Shown: positions 1-8,413, numbered from the stretch's first letter. The stretch is 32,000 bases of DNA from Patescibacteria group bacterium (GCA_041649575.1 JBAZMW010000004.1:1-32000), one strand, 5' to 3'. A program made the numbers and translations. The notes: generated by a model from the sequence alone, not told the origin.

Positions 1-296
1 TCTTCGGTGGGCAGGGGGACGTTGGCTTCGGTGAAGTCGCCGTCAACCCAGTCGCAGGCGATGGCCTCGCGCAACTGCTCACGGGTGAACGAGTGGTCGA
101 TGTCGAGGGTGAAATTGTTAACCATATCGATCGACACGATGATGTGGGTGCCGCCACGAAGTTTGAGAACTTCCGTAAGCGTCGTGCCGGTCGACAGCCA
201 CTTCACATCATCGGCCGTCCAGCCATTCCGAGCAAAACCGTGATCCAACTCCGCCGCTTGCCTCACTCCTATTACTTCCGACTTGTCTTCGGGCAT
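1..296 (-). CDS. hypothetical protein, N-terminal part only (ORF runs off the left edge)
   Basis: My own minus-strand translation starts at the ATG at 296-294: MPEDKSEVIGVRQAAELDHGFARNGWTADDVKWLSTGTTLTEVLKLRGGTHIIVSIDMVNNFTLDIDH... It stays open to position 1. It is absent from the ORF track because it has no stop in the window. GGGAG lies 7 nt upstream. Codons are mostly C/G-ending. Confidence 0.5.
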   Translation of the reverse strand, partial: MPEDKSEVIGVRQAAELDHGFARNGWTADDVKWLSTGTTLTEVLKLRGGTHIIVSIDMVNNFTLDIDHSFTREQLREAIACDWVDGDFTEANVPLPTE

Positions 297-388
297 GACT
301 TGTCTCCCTATTATGGACATGTCCGTTCTCGGACTCGTCCTTTTAGGTACGAATTAGCTCTGTCGAAATGACAGTTTGCTAATATATT

Positions 389-417
389 ATTATATCATAC
401 AAAAAATATTTTGTCAA
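389..417 (-). promoter_or_regulatory. sigma70-type promoter, TTGACA-N17-TATAAT (perfect consensus) reading toward the 1-296 ORF
   Basis: The reverse complement of 412-417 is TTGACA. The reverse complement of 389-394 is TATAAT. The spacer is exactly 17 nt. Confidence 0.5.
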
Positions 418-464
418 TATTAAAAATAGTAAAAATGCTATTTTTATTTAAATTTAAATAAAAA

Positions 465-2009
465 TCATTCCACTTTCGGCCGATACTGCAAGGCCTCGGC
501 CAGATGTTCCAATAAAATTTTTTCGCTCTGGGACAAGTCGGCGATGGTACGCGCCAATTTCAGCACCCGGTGATAGGCGCGGGCCGAAAGATGCAGCTGC
601 TCTACCGCCTGACGCAGTAATTGCCGGCCGGCTTCCTCAAGCAGACAATATTTGACAATCTGCTGGGGATTCATTTCCGAATTGTCAAAAATATTTTCGG
701 CCTTAAATCTCTGGGTCTGCAGATCCCTGGCGTTTTGTACCCGGACTCTGATTTCTGCGGAAGTTTCTCCGCTAAGATCGCTTTCCAGTCTTTCAAATTT
801 GACTCGCGGCACCTCGAGGTGCAAATCGATTCTGTCCAAAAGCGGGCCGGAAGCCCGTTTTTGGTATTTTAGGATTTGCGATGGCTGACAAGCGCACTGT
901 TTTTCCGAATCAGACAGAAAACCGCAAGGGCAAGGATTCATGGCGGCCACCAAAATGAATTTGGCAGGAAACTTAAGGGTGCCGGTGGCGCGAGAAACCG
1001 AGACAATGCCGTCCTCCAGCGGCTGGCGCAAATTTTCCAAAACGCTTTTGGGAAATTCCAAAAACTCGTCCAGAAACAGCACGCCGCGATGGGAGAGGGA
1101 AATTTCTCCGGGCCTGGGCCAGGCGCCGCCGCCCACTAGCGCCACGCCCGAAGCCGTGTGATGCGGTGAGCGGTAGGGCCGACTGGCGATGAGCGGCTGG
1201 CCGGCGGGCAGAAGCCCGGCAGCGCTGTAAATCCGAGTCACTTCCAGGCTCTCGGCCAGAGTCATTTTGGGCAGAATCGAGGGCAGAGCCTTGGCCAGCA
1301 TGGTCTTGCCCGAACCGGGCGGCCCGGACATGAGAATGTTGTGGCTACCGGCGGCAGCGATTTCCAGCGCCCGCTTGGCCTGCTCCTGGCCTTTGATAAA
1401 AGACAAATCGAACTCAAAAAATTCATTATCAAAAAAATTGATCTCGCCTCTGATAAACGGCTCGATTGGCATGACACCGGAAAAATGATCGGCCACCTGG
1501 CGCAGATTTTCCACCGGATAAATATTAAAACCGTCCACCAAAGACGCTTCGGCCGCGTTGGCTTGCGGCACAAATAGATTTTTTATCTCTTTTTCCTGGA
1601 CCATCAGAGCAATGGAGAGCACGCCGCTGACCGGCCGCAGTTCGCCGTTTAGGGCCAGCTCGCCGACAAACAGATTGTCCCGCCAATTGTCTCTGATCTC
1701 CAGCTGTCCGGCTTGCGCCAAGCAGCTTAGGGCGATAGGCAAATCATAATAAGTGCCGGCCTTGCGCAAATCAGCCGGCGCCAGATTGATGGTCACATTG
1801 CCGCGCGGAAAACCCAAGTCGGAATTTTTAATGGCGCTCCGCACCCGGCTCTTGCTTTCGTCCACCGCCTTATCGGGCAGGCCGACAATAAAAATTCCCG
1901 GATTGCCATACGGGGAATTATCGGCTTCCACTTCTACCGGTTCGCAGTCCAAGCCGATGACTGCGGCCGAAAAAACTTTTGAAGACATAAAAAAATTCTT
2001 AATTTTCAA
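465..2009 (-). CDS. comM: YifB/ComM family Mg-chelatase-like AAA+ ATPase
   Basis: 514-aa ORF with Walker A GPPGSGKT, an MCM/Mg-chelatase-like core (VLFLDEF, arginine finger region) and a Lon-like N-terminal domain. The length is typical of the YifB/ComM family. Confidence 0.9.
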   Translation of the reverse strand: MKIKNFFMSSKVFSAAVIGLDCEPVEVEADNSPYGNPGIFIVGLPDKAVDESKSRVRSAIKNSDLGFPRGNVTINLAPADLRKAGTYYDLPIALSCLAQAGQLEIRDNWRDNLFVGELALNGELRPVSGVLSIALMVQEKEIKNLFVPQANAAEASLVDGFNIYPVENLRQVADHFSGVMPIEPFIRGEINFFDNEFFEFDLSFIKGQEQAKRALEIAAAGSHNILMSGPPGSGKTMLAKALPSILPKMTLAESLEVTRIYSAAGLLPAGQPLIASRPYRSPHHTASGVALVGGGAWPRPGEISLSHRGVLFLDEFLEFPKSVLENLRQPLEDGIVSVSRATGTLKFPAKFILVAAMNPCPCGFLSDSEKQCACQPSQILKYQKRASGPLLDRIDLHLEVPRVKFERLESDLSGETSAEIRVRVQNARDLQTQRFKAENIFDNSEMNPQQIVKYCLLEEAGRQLLRQAVEQLHLSARAYHRVLKLARTIADLSQSEKILLEHLAEALQYRPKVE

Positions 2010-2056
2010 TTTTCAAACAATTTTCAATGACTTAATTTTATCAATTTAAAACTCCA

Positions 2057-2085
2057 TTGACAAAAACCTATCAGCGATTTATAAT
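2057..2085 (+). promoter_or_regulatory. sigma70-type promoter, TTGACA-N17-TATAAT (perfect consensus)
   Basis: TTGACA at 2057-2062, a 17-nt spacer, and TATAAT at 2080-2085. It lies about 50 nt upstream of the 2137 ATG. Confidence 0.55.
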
Positions 2086-2136
2086 ATGACGATGCACATT
2101 TTGAATTGGTAGTGACAACATGGAGGCACGGTCAAA

Positions 2137-2676
2137 ATGCGAAGAATGACTGAAAGCTTTCTGGGGGAGCTCTGGATGTTCCTTCGAGAAGCCAGGGCTA
2201 CCACCTACGCTGGCGATGCCCAGCCATCCACATCTTCAACTATGCCCGGTTTCAAGCTGTTCGCCCTTGGCAATAGAACCTGGACATATCGTGACGTCTA
2301 CGCCGGTTCGCGGCTCTTCGGTGGTTACGAAGCAGTCTGGTATATGGCCAGACCGGTGTGGCACATGAACTATCGCGGCGGCATGATTGAGTGTTTCCGT
2401 CACGATCGCCGTATTGCCCAACAGGCCTACGCGATGTTGCGGGAATTCTTGCGACAAGACAGCAGCAGATTCGAGCCGCGTGGCGGTAGTCATAGCGCTA
2501 TCATTGGCGCAAAGGGCTGGCGCTACCACTGTGTGCAGCTTGATGCCAACGACCGAACTATCGCCAGCCCCCACTGGGACATAAGGGATTTCCGGGGCAA
2601 GGAACAACTCGTCAAAGTCGGGGAGCGAGGTCCGTGCTACATCGGCTATTTCCACGGCGGCCTCTTGATCGACTAG
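2137..2676 (+). CDS. DUF5680-like protein of unknown function
   Basis: 179-aa ORF with GGAGG 11 nt upstream. The motif pattern TYAG...YRDVYxG..FGGYEAV...PVWHMNYRG...FRGKE...Y.GYFHGG matches my recollection of the DUF5680 family; I did not verify this by search. Codons are C/G-ending (TTC, TAC, GAC). Confidence 0.7.
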   Translation: MRRMTESFLGELWMFLREARATTYAGDAQPSTSSTMPGFKLFALGNRTWTYRDVYAGSRLFGGYEAVWYMARPVWHMNYRGGMIECFRHDRRIAQQAYAMLREFLRQDSSRFEPRGGSHSAIIGAKGWRYHCVQLDANDRTIASPHWDIRDFRGKEQLVKVGERGPCYIGYFHGGLLID

Positions 2677-2703
2677 GCCACCCGACCCCCTCGTACCATG
2701 GCA

Positions 2704-2750
2704 AAACGCCCGCCCCTAGCTTGCAAAAGCGAAGGCGGGCGTTTCTATGT
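2704..2750. terminator. bidirectional intrinsic terminator
   Basis: AAACGCCCGCC (2704-2714) pairs with GGCGGGCGTTT (2734-2744). The hairpin is flanked by A-runs and T-runs. It sits between convergent ORFs ending at 2676 (+) and 2759 (-). Confidence 0.75.
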
Positions 2751-2758
2751 TTTTGAAG

Positions 2759-3214
2759 TTATTTTGGCTTAGATTTAAAAAAAGAATTAATCAACAAAAT
2801 CGCCACCCCAATACAAATCATTACGTCGGCCAAATTGAAAACCGTGAAATATTTGACGCTTAAATAATCGATAACCTGGCCCTGATAAAGGCGGTCGAGC
2901 AGATTGGAAAAAGCGCCAACCACAACCAACTCCAAACCCAAAACCGGCCAAATCTTTTGCTGTTGCCAGAATTTGATCAGGAAATAAACCAGCACCAATA
3001 AAATCACAACTGTCAGAAAAATCAACCAAGACAAATTGACCGGCAGACTAAAAGCAATGCCGGGGTTGGTTGCTAGTTCTAATTTTAGATAATCGCCACC
3101 AAGCTCAAAATGATGGGGCGAATGGAGAAAAAAATATTTTAGGCCGCGATCTGTCAAAAACAACAACAAACCAAGAACTGAAATGACGGCCAATGATAAT
3201 TTTTTGGACATCAA
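2759..3214 (-). CDS. lspA: lipoprotein signal peptidase (signal peptidase II)
   Basis: 151-aa polytopic membrane ORF with NPGIAFS and FNLADVMI motifs characteristic of LspA. The ATG at 3211 is a more likely start than the TTG at 3214. Confidence 0.85.
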   Translation of the reverse strand: MMSKKLSLAVISVLGLLLFLTDRGLKYFFLHSPHHFELGGDYLKLELATNPGIAFSLPVNLSWLIFLTVVILLVLVYFLIKFWQQQKIWPVLGLELVVVGAFSNLLDRLYQGQVIDYLSVKYFTVFNLADVMICIGVAILLINSFFKSKPK

Positions 3215-3217
3215 ATT

Positions 3218-3589
3218 TTAAGCTTCGCCTTTGAGCGCTTTTTTACAGGCTACGCAGGCGGTAGACTCGGGACGAATCTTTAACCTTTCCAATTCGATTT
3301 CCTTGCCACAATAATTGCACTTGCCATAGGTGCCTTCCTCCAGGCGCTTTAAGGCTTTTTCCACGCCATGCAAATCTTTTTCCAGGCCCCTCTCAAAAGA
3401 AAGGTTTTTGGTGTAATCGGCCACTTCCACGGCGCTGTCCTCGCTGGAATCGCCGTAGTCGGGAAACTCGGCGCTGAAATTAACTTCTTCGCCCTCATTT
3501 CTGGTGCCGATGCTTTCTAGCTGCTTGATAATCTCTTCTCTTCTTTGGTTAAGGAGCTCTTTCAGCTCCTGCAGAACCTTTTGTTCCAT
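3218..3589 (-). CDS. DksA/TraR family C4-type zinc-finger protein
   Basis: 123-aa ORF with a coiled-coil N-terminal part and a C-terminal CNYCGKEIELERLKIRPESTACVACK four-Cys finger. Confidence 0.8.
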   Translation of the reverse strand: MEQKVLQELKELLNQRREEIIKQLESIGTRNEGEEVNFSAEFPDYGDSSEDSAVEVADYTKNLSFERGLEKDLHGVEKALKRLEEGTYGKCNYCGKEIELERLKIRPESTACVACKKALKGEA

Positions 3590-3628
3590 AAAGTAAAAAT
3601 TAAAATAATTCCTCCATCTTACTTAAAA

Positions 3629-3684
3629 GGCCGTCGGCCGCTCTCTGCGGCCCTAACGGCAAACCGGCCAATAGCCGGCTTTTA
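3629..3684. terminator. two adjacent GC-rich hairpins with U/A tracts (terminator-like, readable on both strands)
   Basis: Hairpin 1 has GGCCGC/GCGGCC around an AGAGA loop, extended by GCCGT/ACGGC (3629-3660). Hairpin 2 is CCGGC-CAATAG-GCCGG followed by TTTT (3664-3683). Confidence 0.45.
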
Positions 3685-3732
3685 TATACTAAATATTTAA
3701 ATAACTATAACAAAAAATTAAAATAAAATAAA

Positions 3733-3975
3733 GAGGCGCGAGTCTTATGCCCCAAATACACGTGGTGATTAGTGGGTAAGGTCTCACGCCTACGGATCCC
3801 GAGATCTGTTTTGTCTTTCGCCCTGAGAGTTACGTTAGGGCAAAATGCAAAAACCATTTCTCGGACTCGTAATGTGCGCGCCCTCTACCACCAACCGGTC
3901 TACTTTGCTAACCGCTCTTTCTGGGATCAGCAAACGACCCTAGAGAAACTGTCTGCCTTTGTTAGTACAGGGCAG
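3733..3975. ncRNA. unclassified structured RNA candidate (non-coding G+C-rich island)
   Basis: There is no credible ORF on either strand. A long-range closing stem pairs GAGGCGCGAGTC (3733-3744) with GACTCG...GCGCGCCCTC (3864-3885). A second hairpin is GGTC/TTTGCT...AGCAAA/GACC (3897-3939). A third is CTGCC...GGCAG (3953-3975). The island is flanked by very AT-rich DNA and terminator-like hairpins. Confidence 0.35.
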
Positions 3976-4128
3976 GAAAATGCTATAAATTAGCTAAAAT
4001 TTATACCATTTTCCTAAATCAATTATTATTTTGTTAATTTTCTATAAATCCATTATATCACATTTTTTTACCTTAGTCAATAGTTGAAATTAACTAAATT
4101 TAAACAATATTTTATTATTAATATTAAT

Positions 4129-4182
4129 TTATCCACACTTTTAACTAATATTCAGATAGTTTTTATCCACTGTTTATGCACA
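4129..4182 (+). promoter_or_regulatory. cluster of three DnaA-box-like 9-mers
   Basis: TTATCCACA at 4129-4137 is a perfect consensus. TTATCCACT at 4163-4171 and TTATGCACA at 4174-4182 each have one mismatch. All three are in the same orientation, inside a roughly 230-bp extremely AT-rich intergenic region. Confidence 0.4.
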
Positions 4183-4227
4183 ATTGTTAATAAATATGAA
4201 TAATTATCTAAATTTAAATAAAAAATG

Positions 4228-5583
4228 TTATCTCATTAATAAAAGTCCATCCTTTATTTCCAGAACATCAAAATATTTTAGATAAGAGAAAAAGCCGACA
4301 TCGGGCAAAAGCTTGGTTTTTACTTTCAGATATTTCCGGCAAGAATCGGCTGATTGTAAAGATAGCCAGGACTTTTTATTGGTGGCCGAGAGGGATCCGT
4401 TTTTCAACCGGTAAAATATGGTGGCCGACTTGTCTGGGGCAGACAAAAGCCTTGCCTCTCCCAGGCTTTCAAAGCGAAAATCGTCGGTTTCCGCCTTAAA
4501 CTCTATTAATTGCGTGCCGTCTCTCAAAAGAGTGGGTCTTTCTTTGGGAAATCTTACGGCCAAGGCAAGCTGAAGAATTTTTTCCCAGTTTTGCAGATCG
4601 GCTGGTGACAAACCATCGCCTGCAACCAGACTGTTTAAATAAAAATCATAATCTTTAAAAAACCAACCTGATTGATATTGGCGCTGATTGAGCGAGAAAG
4701 CCAGAAATAAATTCTGGCCAAACATCCGGCCCAGAAACTCCTTGTCCAGTAAAGAATTGACAGCCAGGAGATTCCAATAGTTTTGCCAATAGCCAGAACC
4801 GCTATTAGCCGGAGCCCGAACTCTATCGGCCAGCCAGGCGTCGGCTCCGGAAAGACACAAGGCCAAATCAAAATTAGGATCCAGGTTTGTTGATTCGGAT
4901 TTTATTTTTTTAGCCGCCTTTGAGCTGGCGCCGGAGACAACCACCGCACCGCGCCCCACCCGAACATTAAGAAACACCCGACCCTTATCATCGGACAAGG
5001 CAGTTTTAACCAGATTCAAAAAAATATCTTGAGGGAAATGATCAAAAAATTCCGGTTTCAAATAGACGCTTAAAGAATCAAACAGAGAGAATTTACCAGC
5101 CACCGCCTGCTTGGCCGGATTTTTACGATTGGAAACAAAAGCATTCAGTTCCGACGGCGCGGCAATTACCACCCGGCTACGATCGAGAAAACGATGCGGT
5201 ATTTGCTTGGCGGTTAGAATTTTTTCAAGCTGCCTGGGTCTGTCGGTCCTAAGTAAAACGCTGAAGCTCAAACGATCGCCGGCCGGCCGGCCAATCACCG
5301 CCAACTCCCTTTTTAAATAGCGCAACTCGACGGCCGACAAATTATTATCGGCCAGCACCCTCGAGAGCACCGCCCTAAACTGTTGGGAATCATTCAGCTT
5401 GGGCAGACTGAAATGCGCATAAAAAACACTGTCGCCGGACGCGTAATTTATCAAGGTATCGGCAAAGCATTGATTCCAAAAGGAACAAATCAACAAAATA
5501 AAAAAAACAATCCCGGCGGCCAAGCCTACAGCCAACCTGGCCCGGCGCGGGATGTTTTTGAGTTGAGAATATTTAATTGTCAT
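4228..5583 (-). CDS. hypothetical membrane-anchored protein
   Basis: 451-aa ORF with a single N-terminal TM segment (LAVGLAAGIVFFILLICSF). It is tightly coupled downstream of pnp (8-nt gap). I recognise no family. Confidence 0.7.
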   Translation of the reverse strand: MTIKYSQLKNIPRRARLAVGLAAGIVFFILLICSFWNQCFADTLINYASGDSVFYAHFSLPKLNDSQQFRAVLSRVLADNNLSAVELRYLKRELAVIGRPAGDRLSFSVLLRTDRPRQLEKILTAKQIPHRFLDRSRVVIAAPSELNAFVSNRKNPAKQAVAGKFSLFDSLSVYLKPEFFDHFPQDIFLNLVKTALSDDKGRVFLNVRVGRGAVVVSGASSKAAKKIKSESTNLDPNFDLALCLSGADAWLADRVRAPANSGSGYWQNYWNLLAVNSLLDKEFLGRMFGQNLFLAFSLNQRQYQSGWFFKDYDFYLNSLVAGDGLSPADLQNWEKILQLALAVRFPKERPTLLRDGTQLIEFKAETDDFRFESLGEARLLSAPDKSATIFYRLKNGSLSATNKKSWLSLQSADSCRKYLKVKTKLLPDVGFFSYLKYFDVLEIKDGLLLMR

Positions 5584-5591
5584 CGGCAGAG

Positions 5592-7838
5592 TTAGCGTCT
5601 CTTCATAAAGCCGAGCTTGCCAGACGGCCTGCCGCGATTGTTGCCATAACCACCGCCGCGGCCGTTAAAATCATTCCTTTTATCATTAGCCGGATTATAA
5701 TTGGGGTCGGCTTTTTTGATTGATAAATTAGTCCGGCCTTGTTCGTCGATTTCTATCACTTTGACCGTCACTTCCTGGCCGATTTTGACCACATCACTGA
5801 CCTTGGCCACTCTTTCCGGCGCCAGTTCGGAGATATGAACCAGGCCCTCTTTGCCCGGCAGAATCTCGACGAAAGCGCCAAAATCCATCAGCCGAGTGAC
5901 TTTGCCGGTATAAATTTCTCCCACTTCAACTTCTTTGACTATATTTTCGATCCATTTAACGGCTCGGGCGACGCATTCGACTTTAAGGCCGGTAACCGCC
6001 ACCAGACCGTCATCATCAATATCAATTTCAACCTCGCAAGCATCAATGATCTCATTGATGATTTTGCCGCCAGTGCCAATAACCTCGCGAATCTTATCTG
6101 GACTAATGCGGATATTAACGATTCGCGGAGCATAGGGCGATAGCTCTGGCCGCGGTGCCGGAATAACCCGGGCTATCTTGTCTAAAATAACTAGTCGCGC
6201 CTCTTTGGCCTGGCTCATGGTTTGCTCGCAAAGCTCGAAACTCAAGCCGCTGGTCTTAGTATCCATTTGAATGGCAGTAATACCGTCTTTAGTGCCGGTA
6301 ATTTTAAAATCCATGCCACCCTCGCCGTCTTCCAAGTCCTGTAAATCGGTAATTATCTTATACTTGTCGTCGCTGCTGGCCAAGCCCATGGCAATACCGG
6401 CCACCGGCTTTTTGATGGGCACGCCGGCATCCAAGAGTGACAAAGTGGAGCCGCAGGTGGAGGCCATAGAGGAAGAGCCATTGGAGCCCATGACCTCGGA
6501 AACCACCAGAATCGTATAAGGAAATTCTTCTTTGGTGGGCAACATTGGCAATAAGGCTTTTTCGGCCAGAGCGCCGTGGCCAATCTCCCGCCGACCAGCG
6601 CCGCGCAGAGGACCGGCTTCACCATAACAATAAGGCGGAGCATTATAATGATGGATGTAAGTCTTTTTGGTGTCGGATTCGGTCATTTCGTCTAAAATTT
6701 GAGCGTCGCCAGGCGCGCCCAAGGTGACCACGCTCAAAACCTGGGTCTCGCCTCGAGCAAACAGGGCACTGCCATGAGTGCGCGGCAACAGGCCGACTTC
6801 AATCTCCAGCGGCCTGATCTCGCCGAGCTGGCGGCCGTCAATTCTTAAATCTTTTTCCAGAATCGCCCGGCTGACCTCGGCTTCCAAGTAACTCTCGAAT
6901 TTATCTTCCACATATTCAATAATTTCCTCATGCTTGCCTTGCCGCTCCAATTCGGTCAAAAACAACTTTAACAATTCCTTGGCCACTTCTTTTCTTTCTC
7001 TTTTGGTGCCTTTGGGCTGATTAAAAAGATATTTTTCCAGTTGCGGCTGAAAAAATTTCTGGGCTTCGGCAAAAGCGGCTTTCTTTTCCGACAAGGAAAT
7101 TTCTTTTTCCTCATTGATTTCCTCCAGTAATTGAGCGACTTCTTTTTTGGCCGACCCAACCTGATCTTTAACTAAATTGACAAAATCCAAAAGCGGCTTG
7201 GCTTGCTCCAGGCCAAACTTGACGGCCGCCAGGATACCGGCTTCGGAAACTTCTTTGGCCTCGGCGTCGATCATCAAAACCTTGCCGTAAGCGACAGAAA
7301 AAACCAATTTGAAATCGGAATTTTTGAGCTGATTTTCACTGGGATTGAGCACCAACTCCCCATTAACCCGGCCAACCATCAGGCCGACCAAAGGGCCGTT
7401 CCAGGGAATATCGGAAACATGCAAAGCCAAAGACGCGGCCGTGATAGCCAAGACATCGGCCGAGTTTTCCTCGTCATAAGACAAAGTGGTGGCAACCACC
7501 TGAACTTCATTTCTTATTTCCTGATTAAACAGCGGACGAATGCCACGGTCGATCATCCGAGAATCTAAAATAGCATTGTCGGTTGGTCGGCCGTCACGCT
7601 TGATAAAACGCGAGCCCTTGATTTTGCCGGCGGCATACATTCTTTCCTGCATTTCCACGGTCAAAGGAAAAAAATCAACGCCCTCGCGCGGTTCTTTGCC
7701 CATTACGGCAGTGGCCAAAACCACGGTGTCTCCATAACGCACCAGGCAGGAGGCATTGGCCTGTTTGGCCATTTTACCGACTTCCACTGTCAGCCGACGG
7801 CCGGCGAAATCCAGCTCAAACTTTTTTTCTCTAGACAT
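5592..7838 (-). CDS. pnp: polyribonucleotide nucleotidyltransferase (PNPase)
   Basis: 748-aa ORF with two RNase PH domains, a KH domain and an S1 domain (GEIYTGKVTRLMDFGAFVEILPGKEGLVHISEL). It follows rpsO, the classic synteny. It has a C-terminal Arg/Gly-rich tail. Confidence 0.95.
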   Translation of the reverse strand: MSREKKFELDFAGRRLTVEVGKMAKQANASCLVRYGDTVVLATAVMGKEPREGVDFFPLTVEMQERMYAAGKIKGSRFIKRDGRPTDNAILDSRMIDRGIRPLFNQEIRNEVQVVATTLSYDEENSADVLAITAASLALHVSDIPWNGPLVGLMVGRVNGELVLNPSENQLKNSDFKLVFSVAYGKVLMIDAEAKEVSEAGILAAVKFGLEQAKPLLDFVNLVKDQVGSAKKEVAQLLEEINEEKEISLSEKKAAFAEAQKFFQPQLEKYLFNQPKGTKRERKEVAKELLKLFLTELERQGKHEEIIEYVEDKFESYLEAEVSRAILEKDLRIDGRQLGEIRPLEIEVGLLPRTHGSALFARGETQVLSVVTLGAPGDAQILDEMTESDTKKTYIHHYNAPPYCYGEAGPLRGAGRREIGHGALAEKALLPMLPTKEEFPYTILVVSEVMGSNGSSSMASTCGSTLSLLDAGVPIKKPVAGIAMGLASSDDKYKIITDLQDLEDGEGGMDFKITGTKDGITAIQMDTKTSGLSFELCEQTMSQAKEARLVILDKIARVIPAPRPELSPYAPRIVNIRISPDKIREVIGTGGKIINEIIDACEVEIDIDDDGLVAVTGLKVECVARAVKWIENIVKEVEVGEIYTGKVTRLMDFGAFVEILPGKEGLVHISELAPERVAKVSDVVKIGQEVTVKVIEIDEQGRTNLSIKKADPNYNPANDKRNDFNGRGGGYGNNRGRPSGKLGFMKRR

Positions 7839-7867
7839 AACTTTCCTTTCTGATGAATCGGCTCGAA

Positions 7868-7940
7868 GCGTTTATTTGAAGGCAGCTAAATTGTTAATCT
7901 TTTTCGATCAAAAATTTAATTGCTTTCAAATAAATAGCGC
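7868..7940 (-). promoter_or_regulatory. long imperfect hairpin in the pnp 5' leader
   Basis: GCGTTTATTTGAAGGCAGCTAAATT (from 7868) pairs imperfectly with AATTTAATTGCTTTCAAATAAATAGCGC (to 7940). It occupies the same position as the RNase III-processed pnp leader hairpin known from E. coli. Confidence 0.4.
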
Positions 7941-8006
7941 TAACGCCAATCCATTTTTATTTATTTAATAAAAAACTATTTTTAAAATCGTGTTTTGGGT
8001 TTTAAT

Positions 8007-8038
8007 AAAAACCAGAAAAGAGGAGAAAAATCTCCTCT
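8007..8038 (-). terminator. intrinsic terminator/attenuator after rpsO
   Basis: On the minus strand, an AGAGGAGA-TTTT-TCTCCTCT hairpin is followed by TTTCTGGTTTTT. Confidence 0.6.
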
Positions 8039-8044
8039 CGAATA

Positions 8045-8413
8045 CTATTCCGGGGCAACCACAGCTTCAGCCGTATCTTCAACCACTTCGTTAAAACTCT
8101 CGGCCATTTCTTCTTCCAAGAGTTTTCCGGCCTCTTGGGGTCGCTTGACTATTTTGAGTTTCAATTTTTTAACCAACTCGTCAAAACTCTCGACATTTTC
8201 CCGCTCCAGATAACGCAACAGCTTTCGGCGCTCGGCCACCTTGCGCAACAAACCACGACGAGAAGAAAAATCCTTCTTATGGGTTTTTAAGTGCTCGGTC
8301 AAATTTTTGATTTCTTCGGTCAAAAGGGCGATTTGCACTTCGGAAGAGCCGGTGTCATTTTCGTGGGTGGCAAACTTTTTAATAATCTGAGCCTTCTTTT
8401 TTTTATCTATCAT
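8045..8413 (-). CDS. rpsO: 30S ribosomal protein S15 with a roughly 34-aa acidic C-terminal extension
   Basis: The first ~88 aa align by eye with bacterial S15 (NDTGSSEVQIALLTEEI..L..H...HKKD..SRRGLL..V..RRKLL.YL). An extra tail, VKRPQEAGKLLEEEMAESFNEVVEDTAEAVVAPE, follows. Confidence 0.9.
   Translation of the reverse strand: MIDKKKKAQIIKKFATHENDTGSSEVQIALLTEEIKNLTEHLKTHKKDFSSRRGLLRKVAERRKLLRYLERENVESFDELVKKLKLKIVKRPQEAGKLLEEEMAESFNEVVEDTAEAVVAPE

Noticed and set aside
7-371. Plus-strand ORFs 7-243 and 93-371
   Set aside because: The minus strand carries a better ORF with an SD and a consensus promoter (1-296). The plus-strand frames look like its antisense shadow.
621-2049. Numerous 60-100-aa ORFs in the track antisense to or overlapping comM (621-872, 652-888, 876-1139, 940-1161, 1262-1573, 1267-1488, 1341-1577, 1558-1749, 1753-2049). 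Similar sets lie over pnp, valS, the macAB genes, cfa and the 19500-21092 ORF.
   Set aside because: They are shadow frames of long, clearly homologous genes. They have low-complexity, Arg/Pro/Ser-rich translations and no start-site signals.
2236-2655. 139-aa ORF antisense to the DUF5680-like gene
   Set aside because: It lies entirely inside a gene that has family-like motifs, a promoter, an SD and a terminator. It is a typical high-GC antisense open frame.
326-3870. 13-nt exact repeat TTCTCGGACTCGT at 326-338 and 3858-3870
   Set aside because: In 32 kb on two strands, roughly ten or more chance 13-mer matches are expected. The flanks show no further similarity.
3733-3990. Assignment of the structured island as RNase P RNA, tmRNA or 6S RNA
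   Set aside because: On both strands I searched by eye for GGAAAGTCC / ACAGAA..GGCTTA (RNase P) and for GGGG..TTCGAC with a T-arm plus 3' terminal CCA, i.e. ...ACCA (tmRNA). Neither was found. AGTCCGAG and ACAGATCTCGG are only superficial resemblances, and P4 pairing cannot be built. The region is left unclassified.
3772-3993. 73-aa ORF (GTG start) over the G+C-rich island
   Set aside because: It has no SD or promoter logic and an implausible composition. It coincides with extensive stem pairing. I treat the region as non-coding RNA-like.
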